From positions 1 to 44,458 of the forward strand of contig JBBTED010000022.1 of the NCBI GenBank assembly GCA_038042445.1: a stretch of DNA of 44,458 nucleotides, read 5' to 3'. The stretch is from Candidatus Firestoneibacteriota bacterium (GTDB taxonomy: Bacteria; Oederibacteriota; D2-FULL-39-29; JBBTED01). Under the pieces are notes generated by a model. It had not been told where the DNA came from. It did no database searches and saw only the letters and a list, made by a program, of their open reading frames with translations. The position numbers were made by a program, and so were the translations under genes. Positions 10,104 through 18,274 of this stretch are shown piece by piece. Position 1 is the first letter of the stretch; every line of letters begins with the position of its first letter.

Positions 10104-11027
10104 ATGATGAAGAAAAAAATTCCTGTAATTCTTGATACAGATATTGGATATGATTGTGATGACACATGGGCATTGGTTATGCTATTGAAATCACCAGAAC
10201 TTGATGTGAAGTTAATTACTACTGAAACTGGTAATACGACATATTGTGCAAAAATAGTTGCCAAAATACTTGAAATTGCAAAACGCACTGATATTCCTAT
10301 TGGAATAGGAATTGATTTTACGCCTAGAAAAGAATACGAACGGCAGGCACCTTGGGTTGAAGGGTATGATTTTTCTAATTATTCTGGGATTGTGCATAAA
10401 AATGGTGTAAATGCTATTGTAGATACAATTATGAAATCACAGGAACCAATTACTTTGATTTGTATCGGTCCTGTTCCTAATATTAATCGTGCTCTTGAAA
10501 TTGAACCAAAAATTTCAAATAAAACAAGGTTTGTGGGTATGTTTGGTAGCATTCGACATGCATATGGATATAAGGATAGTAAAACAATAGTTCCTGAATA
10601 TAATGTCAAAGAATATATAAAAGAATGTCAAAAAGTTTTTAATGCTTTATGGTTAGATATGGTGATAACTCCACTTGATACTTGTGGGCTTGTAAGGCTT
10701 ACAGGAAAAAAATATAAAGCAGTACATAATTGCAATGAACCACTTATTAAAGCATTACTTGAAAACTATAGGATTTGGGCAAAAAACAAAAAAGAAGAAA
10801 AATTTAATCCTGAAATTCACAGTTCAATCCTTTTTGATACAGTAGCGATATATCTTGCTTTTAGTGATGAACTTCTTGCAATGGAAAAAATTGGTATTCG
10901 TATAACTGATGATGGATATACAATTCCGGATAAAAATGCAAGACCAATAAATTGTGCGATGAAATGGAAAAATCTTCCTGCTTTTGAAGATTTTTTGTCT
11001 AAAAGGTTGGTAGAATCTGCGAAATAA
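10104..11027 (+). CDS. Nucleoside hydrolase (inosine/uridine-preferring NH fold)
   Basis: ILDTDIGYDCDD (DxDxxxDD Ca-binding motif), IGPVPN, PEYNV, TPLD, LFDT. Confidence 0.88.
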   Translation: MMKKKIPVILDTDIGYDCDDTWALVMLLKSPELDVKLITTETGNTTYCAKIVAKILEIAKRTDIPIGIGIDFTPRKEYERQAPWVEGYDFSNYSGIVHKNGVNAIVDTIMKSQEPITLICIGPVPNINRALEIEPKISNKTRFVGMFGSIRHAYGYKDSKTIVPEYNVKEYIKECQKVFNALWLDMVITPLDTCGLVRLTGKKYKAVHNCNEPLIKALLENYRIWAKNKKEEKFNPEIHSSILFDTVAIYLAFSDELLAMEKIGIRITDDGYTIPDKNARPINCAMKWKNLPAFEDFLSKRLVESAK

Positions 11028-11065
11028 AACTAAAGATTCTAATTTAAAGGAGGAATAAAATATTT

Positions 11066-12436
11066 ATGAATTCAATACAAGGTACTGGCAAGTTATTAAA
11101 AAAGATGGATATGCATCCTTATATTAATCAAAGACCTTTAAAATTAAAGGCAGTTGAAAACCGCATTTTATATAATGTAAATAAGGGAAGGAAGCATAGT
11201 GGAGAAGTTGTTGAGACGACTTATTATCTTACTGCAAATTCCAACGAAGGTAAATTTGGAGGTATTGAGGAAGCTATTAACGCTCTTTTAATTCATGCTA
11301 CAGTTGAGCTTTGGCCAGGGACTGGAAAAGATCCAAAAAAATATAGACAACATTTATCATACCTAAAGGATATTAAATTTTTAGGGGTTAATCCAAAAGA
11401 AAAACAAGAAGCAGCTTTGATTACTATATCTACACCTTTAGAATTTTTTGATAAAGAAACAAATGGTGTTTCATTAGCCCAGTTAAGAATGGCTACTGCA
11501 AGTGAGCCTTTTAATGCATTTAGCAATTTTACTGCAAGAATTGTAGATTATCAATTCCCCGAAAAATTCAAAAAAGGATTTTTAGGGCAAATCTGGCCGC
11601 ATAAAAGAATTAGAGAATATTTAAATATAAGCGAAAAAGAACCAATAATAGGTACTATTGTTAAACCTAAGTGGCTGCCAAAAGAATTGTTTGCCAAAAA
11701 AGTCCTTGAAGCTGCTAATGCGGGAGCACTCTTTGTAAAATCTGATGAAAATCTACATCTTACAAAAAAAGAATTAGCTGAATATGTTGCTTTAACAGTT
11801 AAACTATTAGAAAAAAATGGATTTGACCTTTCTTTAAATAGTAAATCATCTAAAAAGAAATTTATTTTTGCACCTCATATCACAACAAACTGGTTTTCAA
11901 TTTTAGAATATGCAAAAATTGCTGTTGATTGTGGAGCAAATGCTTTAATGTTCTCAACACATCTTGCTGGTGATTTTGAAGTCATCAGAAAAATATATGA
12001 GATGGGGGGGAAATATAAAATTCCAATTTATGCTCATACTGCAGGAATGAATAGAACTACAGGAGACCCTAATTTCTCTTTTGGAGAAGATGCAAAAACG
12101 GTATATCTATTAGCATCTCTTTCAGGGTCGGCTTTTATGCAATTACCAGCTATACAGGGATATATTAAGCCAACAGATATTGAAAAACTCTCAATAATAA
12201 ATAGACTTGAAAAAGATGGACTTGTTGGCAATAACGGTATGACATTAGTAATTGCTGGTGGATTAAGCCCTGAAAATATAGGGCATAACATAAAAATTTT
12301 TGGAGTTGAAGGCAAAATGTTTTTAGCAGGAACTTCTGTTTATCATCATCCTGGTGGTGTTCAAGCAGGAATTTTAGCTCTTAAACGCGCTGCTATTAAA
12401 ACAATTACACAAGTTTGTAAAAGCTTTTTACAATAA
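11066..12436 (+). CDS. RuBisCO-like protein (form IV RLP), divergent
   Basis: PIIGTIVKPK, FVKSDEN (carbamylated Lys/Mg motif), IYAH, IAGGL, HHPGGVQAG match the RuBisCO large-subunit barrel; residues needed for carboxylation are substituted; AAGGAGG RBS. Confidence 0.85.
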   Translation: MNSIQGTGKLLKKMDMHPYINQRPLKLKAVENRILYNVNKGRKHSGEVVETTYYLTANSNEGKFGGIEEAINALLIHATVELWPGTGKDPKKYRQHLSYLKDIKFLGVNPKEKQEAALITISTPLEFFDKETNGVSLAQLRMATASEPFNAFSNFTARIVDYQFPEKFKKGFLGQIWPHKRIREYLNISEKEPIIGTIVKPKWLPKELFAKKVLEAANAGALFVKSDENLHLTKKELAEYVALTVKLLEKNGFDLSLNSKSSKKKFIFAPHITTNWFSILEYAKIAVDCGANALMFSTHLAGDFEVIRKIYEMGGKYKIPIYAHTAGMNRTTGDPNFSFGEDAKTVYLLASLSGSAFMQLPAIQGYIKPTDIEKLSIINRLEKDGLVGNNGMTLVIAGGLSPENIGHNIKIFGVEGKMFLAGTSVYHHPGGVQAGILALKRAAIKTITQVCKSFLQ

Positions 12437-12460
12437 TCATATTAAATCAGGAGGGGGAAA

Positions 12461-13570
12461 ATGAATTTTAAGGAAATGAATTTAAGAATATTTGAAGGTA
12501 AAAAAATACCGCATGTTTTATTTCAACCAAGAATAGAACCATGGTATCATTGGCATAAGCATTTTAATATGCTTCCTGAGAAATATAAAAATATGTCAAT
12601 TTTGGAGTTATTCGATGATCTTAAAATTTCTATGCGCTATTTTGATTATTATACAAATATACCTCATCCAATAGAGACTGTATATACAGACAAAATTAAA
12701 ATTAAGGAAAATTTTGAAAAAGAATATGGGAAACGTATTATTGAAACTCCATATGGTGATTTGATAGAAGTCTTAAAAAAAACTCCGGATGATACATGGC
12801 GGACAATAGATTTTCCAGTTAAGACAAAAGATGATTTAAAAAAGTTGAGATACCTTTATGAAAACACAATATATCATTTTTCAATAGAAAAATTTGAAAC
12901 AGGTGTTAAATTTATTGGAGAAAGAGGAATGCCTCAATTCTGGTTACAAAAAAGTCCATATCAGGCATTTAGACGTTGGATGCATTTAGAGGATTTTATT
13001 TATGCATTATGTGATAATCCAGTTAGTATAGAAGAGGTTATAGAAGCTATGGATACTTCTTATAACAAATTCTATGATGAAATTATTTCTTATGGCAAAG
13101 TAAAAATAGTTAATTTTGGAGAGAACATTCATGCTCACACGTTATCTCCAAAATATTTTGAAAAATATTTAATTCCGTACTATATGAAAAGGTCAAATCA
13201 ATTGCGAAAAAGTGGAATTTACACACATATACATATAGATGGATATTTTAAGCCATTACTTAAATTTTTAAAAGATTTACCATTTGATGGGCTTGAAGCA
13301 TTAACTCCTTTGCCACAAGGTGATGTGACTATTGAAGAAATCAAAGAATATATAGGTGATAAAATTCTTATAGATGGAATTCCTGCAGTATTATTTTTGC
13401 CGACTTATTCAAGGGATGAATTGCAAAAATGTGTAGAAAAATTAGTAAAATTATTTCATCCCAAATTGATTTTAGGAATATCAGATGAAATTCCAGAAAA
13501 TGCAGATGAAGAAGGGATAGAAAGAGTAAGATGGGTATCCCAATATTGTCAAAAATATTTAACAGTATAA
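12461..13570 (+). CDS. URO-D/MtaA-like protein, function unknown
   Basis: IETPYGDL, FPVKT, LSPKYFEKYLIPYY, HIHIDG, EALTPLPQGD, ILGISDE typical of URO-D family hypothetical proteins. Confidence 0.7.
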   Translation: MNFKEMNLRIFEGKKIPHVLFQPRIEPWYHWHKHFNMLPEKYKNMSILELFDDLKISMRYFDYYTNIPHPIETVYTDKIKIKENFEKEYGKRIIETPYGDLIEVLKKTPDDTWRTIDFPVKTKDDLKKLRYLYENTIYHFSIEKFETGVKFIGERGMPQFWLQKSPYQAFRRWMHLEDFIYALCDNPVSIEEVIEAMDTSYNKFYDEIISYGKVKIVNFGENIHAHTLSPKYFEKYLIPYYMKRSNQLRKSGIYTHIHIDGYFKPLLKFLKDLPFDGLEALTPLPQGDVTIEEIKEYIGDKILIDGIPAVLFLPTYSRDELQKCVEKLVKLFHPKLILGISDEIPENADEEGIERVRWVSQYCQKYLTV

Positions 13571-13606
13571 TTTTTAGATTGTATACTTGAAAAAAGGAGA
13601 AATTTT

Positions 13607-16102
13607 ATGCAAGCAAAGAAAGATTTAAATGGAATGTGGCAGTTTAGTTTAGCAGAAAAAAATAACTGGAATATTGCAAAGGTGCCGGGTTGTGTTCAAA
13701 TGGATTTAATGGCACTTGAAAAATTGCCCGATCCTTTTTATAGGATGAATGAAAGACAATTTATTGATATAGAACCATGTGAATGGGATTACAAAAAAGA
13801 ATTTGTAGTTGCCGATTTATCGGCAAAAAAACAGCTAAATAATGCACAGATAAATTTAGTCTTTGAAGGGCTTGATACTTTTTGCAATATATACTTGAAT
13901 GATAAATATATTGGCAGAGCAGAAAATATGTTTATTCCACATATATTTGATATAACTGATATTCTAAAAGAAGGTAATAATGTGTTATTTGTACATTTTG
14001 ATTCACCAATTAAAACAATAAAAGTAATGGAAGGCAATTCACCTTATGTAATGAAAAGTGTGGTAGAAACTGCAAGACCATATATACGTAAAGCACAGTA
14101 TTCTTATGGCTGGGATTGGGGCCCAAGAATTGCACAAACAGGTATATGGAGAAATGTTTATCTTGAATTTATTGATATTGCTAAACTTGAAAATCCATTT
14201 TTTTACACAGAGAAAATATCAGACAATACTGCTTATGTCCATATTAGCTGTGAAGTAACAGGAAATACAGATGAAGATTTTAAAATAGAAACAATAATTA
14301 ATTATAAAGGAAAAAAAATTGTATCCTTCAAAAATGATGTTAAAAATATTAAAGGCAAATTTGGAATTAATGAAAAAGTAGAAATTAAAAATCCAAAACT
14401 TTGGTATCCCAATAATATGGGCGAGCAAAATCTTTATGAACTAAAATTTCTTTTATATTGCAAAGGGGAAAAAATAGATACACTAAAAATTGCTTCAGGA
14501 ATCAGAATAGTAAAATTATTACAGGAAGAAGATAAAGATGGTAAAAGTTTTATATTTGAGATAAATGGAATAAAAACATTTTGTAAAGGAGCGAATTGGA
14601 TTCCAGCAGATAATTTTATTCCAAGGATAACAAAAAAGGATTATTATGACTTAATTAAAATGGCAAAAGATGCAAATATGAATATGCTAAGAGTTTGGGG
14701 CGGTGGAATTTATGAAGATTCAGCATTTTATAGTGCTTGTGATGAAATGGGCATTATGGTTTGGCAGGATTTTATGTATGCTTGTGCTCAATACCCAGAC
14801 CAATTTGACTGGTTTCAGAAATTAGCTAAAGAAGAAGCAGTTTGTATTGTAAAAAAGTTGCGTAACCATCCTTCAATTGTTATATGGTGTGGAAATAATG
14901 AAAATAATTGGGGAAATATTATTTGGTGGGGATGTGGTGATCCAAAATTTTTTGGCAATTATATTTACAAAGAAATATTGCCAGAAGTATGTAGGGAAAA
15001 TGATTTTTCCAGGCCTTATTGGGTTTCAAGCCCTTATGGTGGAGAAGATCCAAATAGCGAAAAAGAGGGAGATAGACATTCATACGAAGTATGGGGTAAA
15101 TGGAAGGATTATGAAGTCTATACAAAAGATGAAGGCAGATTTATAAGTGAATTTGCTTTTCAGTCAATGCCAAATTGGAAAACCGTTATTTCTTTTACAG
15201 AAAGAAAAGATAGACGTATACTTAGCCAGGTTATGCTTTCTCACAATAAAAAACCAGAAGGAGTGGAAAGGACAATAAAATATTTAATTGCTAGAGTTGG
15301 TTTGCCAAAGGATTTTAAAAGTTTTGTTTATCTTACACAATTTAACCAGGCAGAGGCGATTAAAACAGGTGTGGAGCATTGGAGAAATAATAAATTTCAC
15401 ACAAGCGGAACATTGTATTGGCAATTTAATGACTGTTGGCCAGGTGCAAGCTGGTCTTGTATTGATTATTACAAAAGAAAAAAAGCACTGTGGTATTATT
15501 CAAAGAAATTCTTTGATAATATTCTTCCATATTTAAAGTTTATTGATAATGCAGTTTCATTGACAATAATAAATGATTTTAATGAAGCTAAAAAAGCAAA
15601 AGTTTTTCTAAAAGTGTTTGAATTTAACGGCAGAAAATTATTTGAGAAAAAATTTGACATAAATCTGTTGGCTAATGATGTTAGTAAAGTGTATAATATC
15701 AAGATAGCAGAGTTTATTAAAGAAGAAGAGAAATGTTTAATGGTTAAAGATATAAAAGAAGAGAGCAGTATTCCTGAGTATGTAAATAAAAAATTACTGA
15801 ATTCAGTAATTTTTGTAGATGTTATTGTTGGCGATAAAGTTTATGGTAATTATCTTGTTTTTGACAGATTTCGAAATCTGGATATTCCAAAAGCAAAAAT
15901 AAATCTTATACAAAAGGGAAATATTTTAAATGTTATAGCTGATAAGCCTGTATTTGGATTGTTTATTGAATCAGAAAATGACGTTGATATTTCTGATAAT
16001 TGCCTTATTTTGGAACCAGTCAGAAACTACGAAATAAAATTTTCTGATAATCCCGGCAAAATTGAATTATTTAATCTGGAAAATATGATAACAGAGATTT
16101 GA
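13607..16102 (+). CDS. GH2 beta-mannosidase-like glycoside hydrolase
   Basis: FEGLDT, RKAQYSYGWDWGP, KGANWIP, NMLRVWGGG, WCGNNE, FISEF, YWQFNDCWP. Confidence 0.92.
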   Translation: MQAKKDLNGMWQFSLAEKNNWNIAKVPGCVQMDLMALEKLPDPFYRMNERQFIDIEPCEWDYKKEFVVADLSAKKQLNNAQINLVFEGLDTFCNIYLNDKYIGRAENMFIPHIFDITDILKEGNNVLFVHFDSPIKTIKVMEGNSPYVMKSVVETARPYIRKAQYSYGWDWGPRIAQTGIWRNVYLEFIDIAKLENPFFYTEKISDNTAYVHISCEVTGNTDEDFKIETIINYKGKKIVSFKNDVKNIKGKFGINEKVEIKNPKLWYPNNMGEQNLYELKFLLYCKGEKIDTLKIASGIRIVKLLQEEDKDGKSFIFEINGIKTFCKGANWIPADNFIPRITKKDYYDLIKMAKDANMNMLRVWGGGIYEDSAFYSACDEMGIMVWQDFMYACAQYPDQFDWFQKLAKEEAVCIVKKLRNHPSIVIWCGNNENNWGNIIWWGCGDPKFFGNYIYKEILPEVCRENDFSRPYWVSSPYGGEDPNSEKEGDRHSYEVWGKWKDYEVYTKDEGRFISEFAFQSMPNWKTVISFTERKDRRILSQVMLSHNKKPEGVERTIKYLIARVGLPKDFKSFVYLTQFNQAEAIKTGVEHWRNNKFHTSGTLYWQFNDCWPGASWSCIDYYKRKKALWYYSKKFFDNILPYLKFIDNAVSLTIINDFNEAKKAKVFLKVFEFNGRKLFEKKFDINLLANDVSKVYNIKIAEFIKEEEKCLMVKDIKEESSIPEYVNKKLLNSVIFVDVIVGDKVYGNYLVFDRFRNLDIPKAKINLIQKGNILNVIADKPVFGLFIESENDVDISDNCLILEPVRNYEIKFSDNPGKIELFNLENMITEI
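13804..13836 (+). repeat. GTAG REP family A copy embedded in frame in the GH2 gene
   Basis: 21/21 identity to 1457-1477 plus the A-tract-CAGCT spacer; read as VVADLSAKKQL. Confidence 0.85.
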
Positions 16103-16105
16103 AAT

Positions 16106-16210
16106 TGTCATGCTGAATTTGCAGACTGTGTCATAATTGCAAAATACTGTATTTTGTCCTTCCCGAGTGTTCCCTGTTTACTATCCGCAGGGACAAGATT
16201 AATCGGGCAT
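16106..16210. mobile_element. Decayed nest: half TGTCA REP, MITE left end, and a TGTC-type REP interrupted by a 27-nt hairpin
   Basis: TGTCATGCTGAATTT (reverse complement of 22461-22475); AGACTGTGTCATAAT (identical to 22379-22393); TCCCTGTTTACTATCCGCAGGGACAAG (similar to 17463-17489). Confidence 0.7.
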
Positions 16211-16360
16211 GGGCATCCAATGTCTCTGCTTTCATATCATTCCAAAAATCTTCCTTGATTTTTCCTTCTCTTTATGAGAAATAAGAATCAACTCCAAAAC
16301 TTTTTCTCTCTAAACTCTTTTGTTTATCTACCGAAATAAAATTACAAAACCTATAAAATC

Positions 16361-16369
16361 TGATATAAT
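16361..16369 (+). promoter_or_regulatory. Extended -10 promoter (TGnTATAAT) of the CDF gene
   Basis: TGATATAAT 9 nt before ATG 16379; no Shine-Dalgarno. Confidence 0.55.
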
Positions 16370-16378
16370 CATCATAGT

Positions 16379-17293
16379 ATGGCAAATAATAAAACAGTTG
16401 TAAATAATGGTGACGATAATATTTATAAACTTAAAATTGCAATAATTTTAACTGCTGCGATTTTTGTGTTAGAGATAATAGGAGGAATTATTTCTGGAAG
16501 TCTTGCTTTGCTTTCAGATTCAGTGCATGTTTTTACAGATTTGTTTTCTTTGGGCTTAAGTTTGAGCGTGATATTTTTGGCAAAACTTCCTTCAACAAAA
16601 GAAAAAACCTTTGGTTGGCATCGTGCAGAAATATTTGCTGCACTAATAAATAGTTTGAGCTTGCTTATTATTTCAGTTCTGATATTGCATGAGGCTTATA
16701 TTAGATTTTTAAATCCAGTAGAAATAAAAACCGAATTTATGCTTAGTATTGCAGTAATTGGAATGCTTGGAAATTTAATTGTTATGTTGAAATTAAGAAA
16801 TCACGAACATATTGATCTTAATGTTAAAAGTGCATATTTACATGTAGTTGGAGATTTTATAGCATCATTTGGTGTAATAGCAGGTGCAATTATAATTATT
16901 TGGACAAAGCTATATATTGTTGATGCAATAATAAGTGCATTTATAGGTATATTGATATTTGGCGGTACTTTTAGAGTACTACTTGAAACTTTTAATATTT
17001 TAATGGAAGGAGTTCCAAAAGGAATTAAAATACAAGAAGTAAAAAATGCTATACAAACAGTAGAAGGTGTTAATGAAATCCATGATTTGCATATATGGTC
17101 AGTATGTAGTCATATTACAGCCTTATCTTGTCATATATCAACCCATAGAGAATGGATAAACAAAAGGCCCGAACTGCTTTTGAAAATAAAATCATTATTA
17201 AAAGACAATTTTAATATATTCCACAGCACAATTCAATTTGATTGTGCTGATTGTGTTTCTGACTTAATAACCCAGGATTTAAAACATGATTAG
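16379..17293 (+). CDS. Cation diffusion facilitator (CzcD/ZitB-like Zn/Co/Cd exporter)
   Basis: SLALLSDSVH, TFGWHRAE, AYLHVVGD, IHDLHIWS, HSTIQ; multiple TM helices. Confidence 0.92.
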   Translation: MANNKTVVNNGDDNIYKLKIAIILTAAIFVLEIIGGIISGSLALLSDSVHVFTDLFSLGLSLSVIFLAKLPSTKEKTFGWHRAEIFAALINSLSLLIISVLILHEAYIRFLNPVEIKTEFMLSIAVIGMLGNLIVMLKLRNHEHIDLNVKSAYLHVVGDFIASFGVIAGAIIIIWTKLYIVDAIISAFIGILIFGGTFRVLLETFNILMEGVPKGIKIQEVKNAIQTVEGVNEIHDLHIWSVCSHITALSCHISTHREWINKRPELLLKIKSLLKDNFNIFHSTIQFDCADCVSDLITQDLKHD

Positions 17294-17345
17294 CTATGAT
17301 TTAAATACTATTTAACTTTCATAGGTAATAGATTATCGGTTTTAT

Positions 17346-17556
17346 GTAGGGTCCGCCTAGGCGGACTAATGCAAACCTGAAGAGGCTGTGCCAAAAGGTG
17401 TCATTCCCACGAAAGTGGGAATCCAGAAAAGTGAAATAACTGCGTATTTATTGGATTCCTGCTCCCTGCTTACTACCTTCAGGGACAAGTTTCGCAGGAA
17501 TGACAAATTATCCCATTTTTATGGATTTTGGCACAGGCTCTGAAGGTTTGCCCTAC
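17346..17556. repeat. GTAG REP doublet whose second arm is split by a MITE
   Basis: GTAGGGTCCGCCTAGGCGGAC (17346-17366); removing the insert restores GCAAACC-TGAA-GGTTTGCCCTAC. Confidence 0.8.
17382..17540. mobile_element. 159-bp MITE with 15-bp TIRs and 4-bp TSD (TGAA), carrying a TGTCA REP doublet
   Basis: GAGGCTGTGCCAAAA ... TTTTGGCACAGGCTC (14/15); TGAA at 17378-17381 and 17541-17544; internal REP arms at 17399-17425 and 17452-17505. Confidence 0.85.
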
Positions 17557-17587
17557 TTAAGTATGGGCAACTTTTATGTAAAAAGAT

Positions 17588-18274
17588 ATGGAAAAGATAG
17601 GTAAATTAATTGCAGTGGTAGATGATGAACAAGATATACTTGAACTTGTATCATTGCATCTCAATAAAGCAGGATATAAGACTCAGGAATTTTCCCAAGC
17701 AAAAGATTTTCTGAAGTTTATGGAAAAACAACATCCACAACTAATAATACTTGATATTATGTTGCCTGATACTGATGGTTATGAAATATGCAAATATTTA
17801 AAATCACAGGATAAATTTTCGTCTATTCCTGTAATAATGCTTACTGCAAAAGCTGAAGAAATAGATAAGATTTTAGGGCTGGAATTAGGTGCTGATGATT
17901 ATGTAACAAAACCATTTTCTCCAAGGGAGCTTGTGGCAAGAGTAAAAGCAGTTTTAAGAAGACAGGAAACAAAAGATGAAACAAAAACCAGAGAGATAGG
18001 CGATATACTGTTAATTGATTTAGACAAATACGAAGTATTTGTTGAAGGTAAAAAAATAGATTTAACTATAACCGAATTCAGAATTTTGGAAATTTTTTCA
18101 TCAAGGAAAGGATTGGTGTACACTAGAGAAAAAATATTAGATAATCTCTGGGGACAGGAAAAAGCAATTTTGGACAGAACAATAGACGTTCATATAAAAA
18201 ACTTGCGTGAAAAATTAGGCAAAGCAGGTAAATTCATAAAAAATATAAGAGGTATTGGCTATAAAATAGAGTAA
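17588..18274 (+). CDS. phoB: OmpR-family response regulator PhoB/PhoP
   Basis: VVDDE, LDIMLP, GADDYVTKPFSPREL, RTIDVHIKNLREKL; upstream of phoR and pst. Confidence 0.85.
   Translation: MEKIGKLIAVVDDEQDILELVSLHLNKAGYKTQEFSQAKDFLKFMEKQHPQLIILDIMLPDTDGYEICKYLKSQDKFSSIPVIMLTAKAEEIDKILGLELGADDYVTKPFSPRELVARVKAVLRRQETKDETKTREIGDILLIDLDKYEVFVEGKKIDLTITEFRILEIFSSRKGLVYTREKILDNLWGQEKAILDRTIDVHIKNLREKLGKAGKFIKNIRGIGYKIE

Noticed and set aside
9991..10288. Minus-strand ORFs overlapping the MITE as a transposase
   Set aside because: Too short, no DDE or HUH motifs, and largely antisense to the nucleoside hydrolase
11066..12436. Bona fide CO2-fixing RuBisCO (form II/III) in a nucleoside pathway
   Set aside because: Equivalents of E60, N123, R295, H327, K334 and S379 appear substituted; no phosphoribulokinase, AMP phosphorylase or R15P isomerase is in the window
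192..13570. URO-D-like genes as heme biosynthesis hemE
   Set aside because: No RQAGR-type HemE N-terminal motif and no other tetrapyrrole genes nearby
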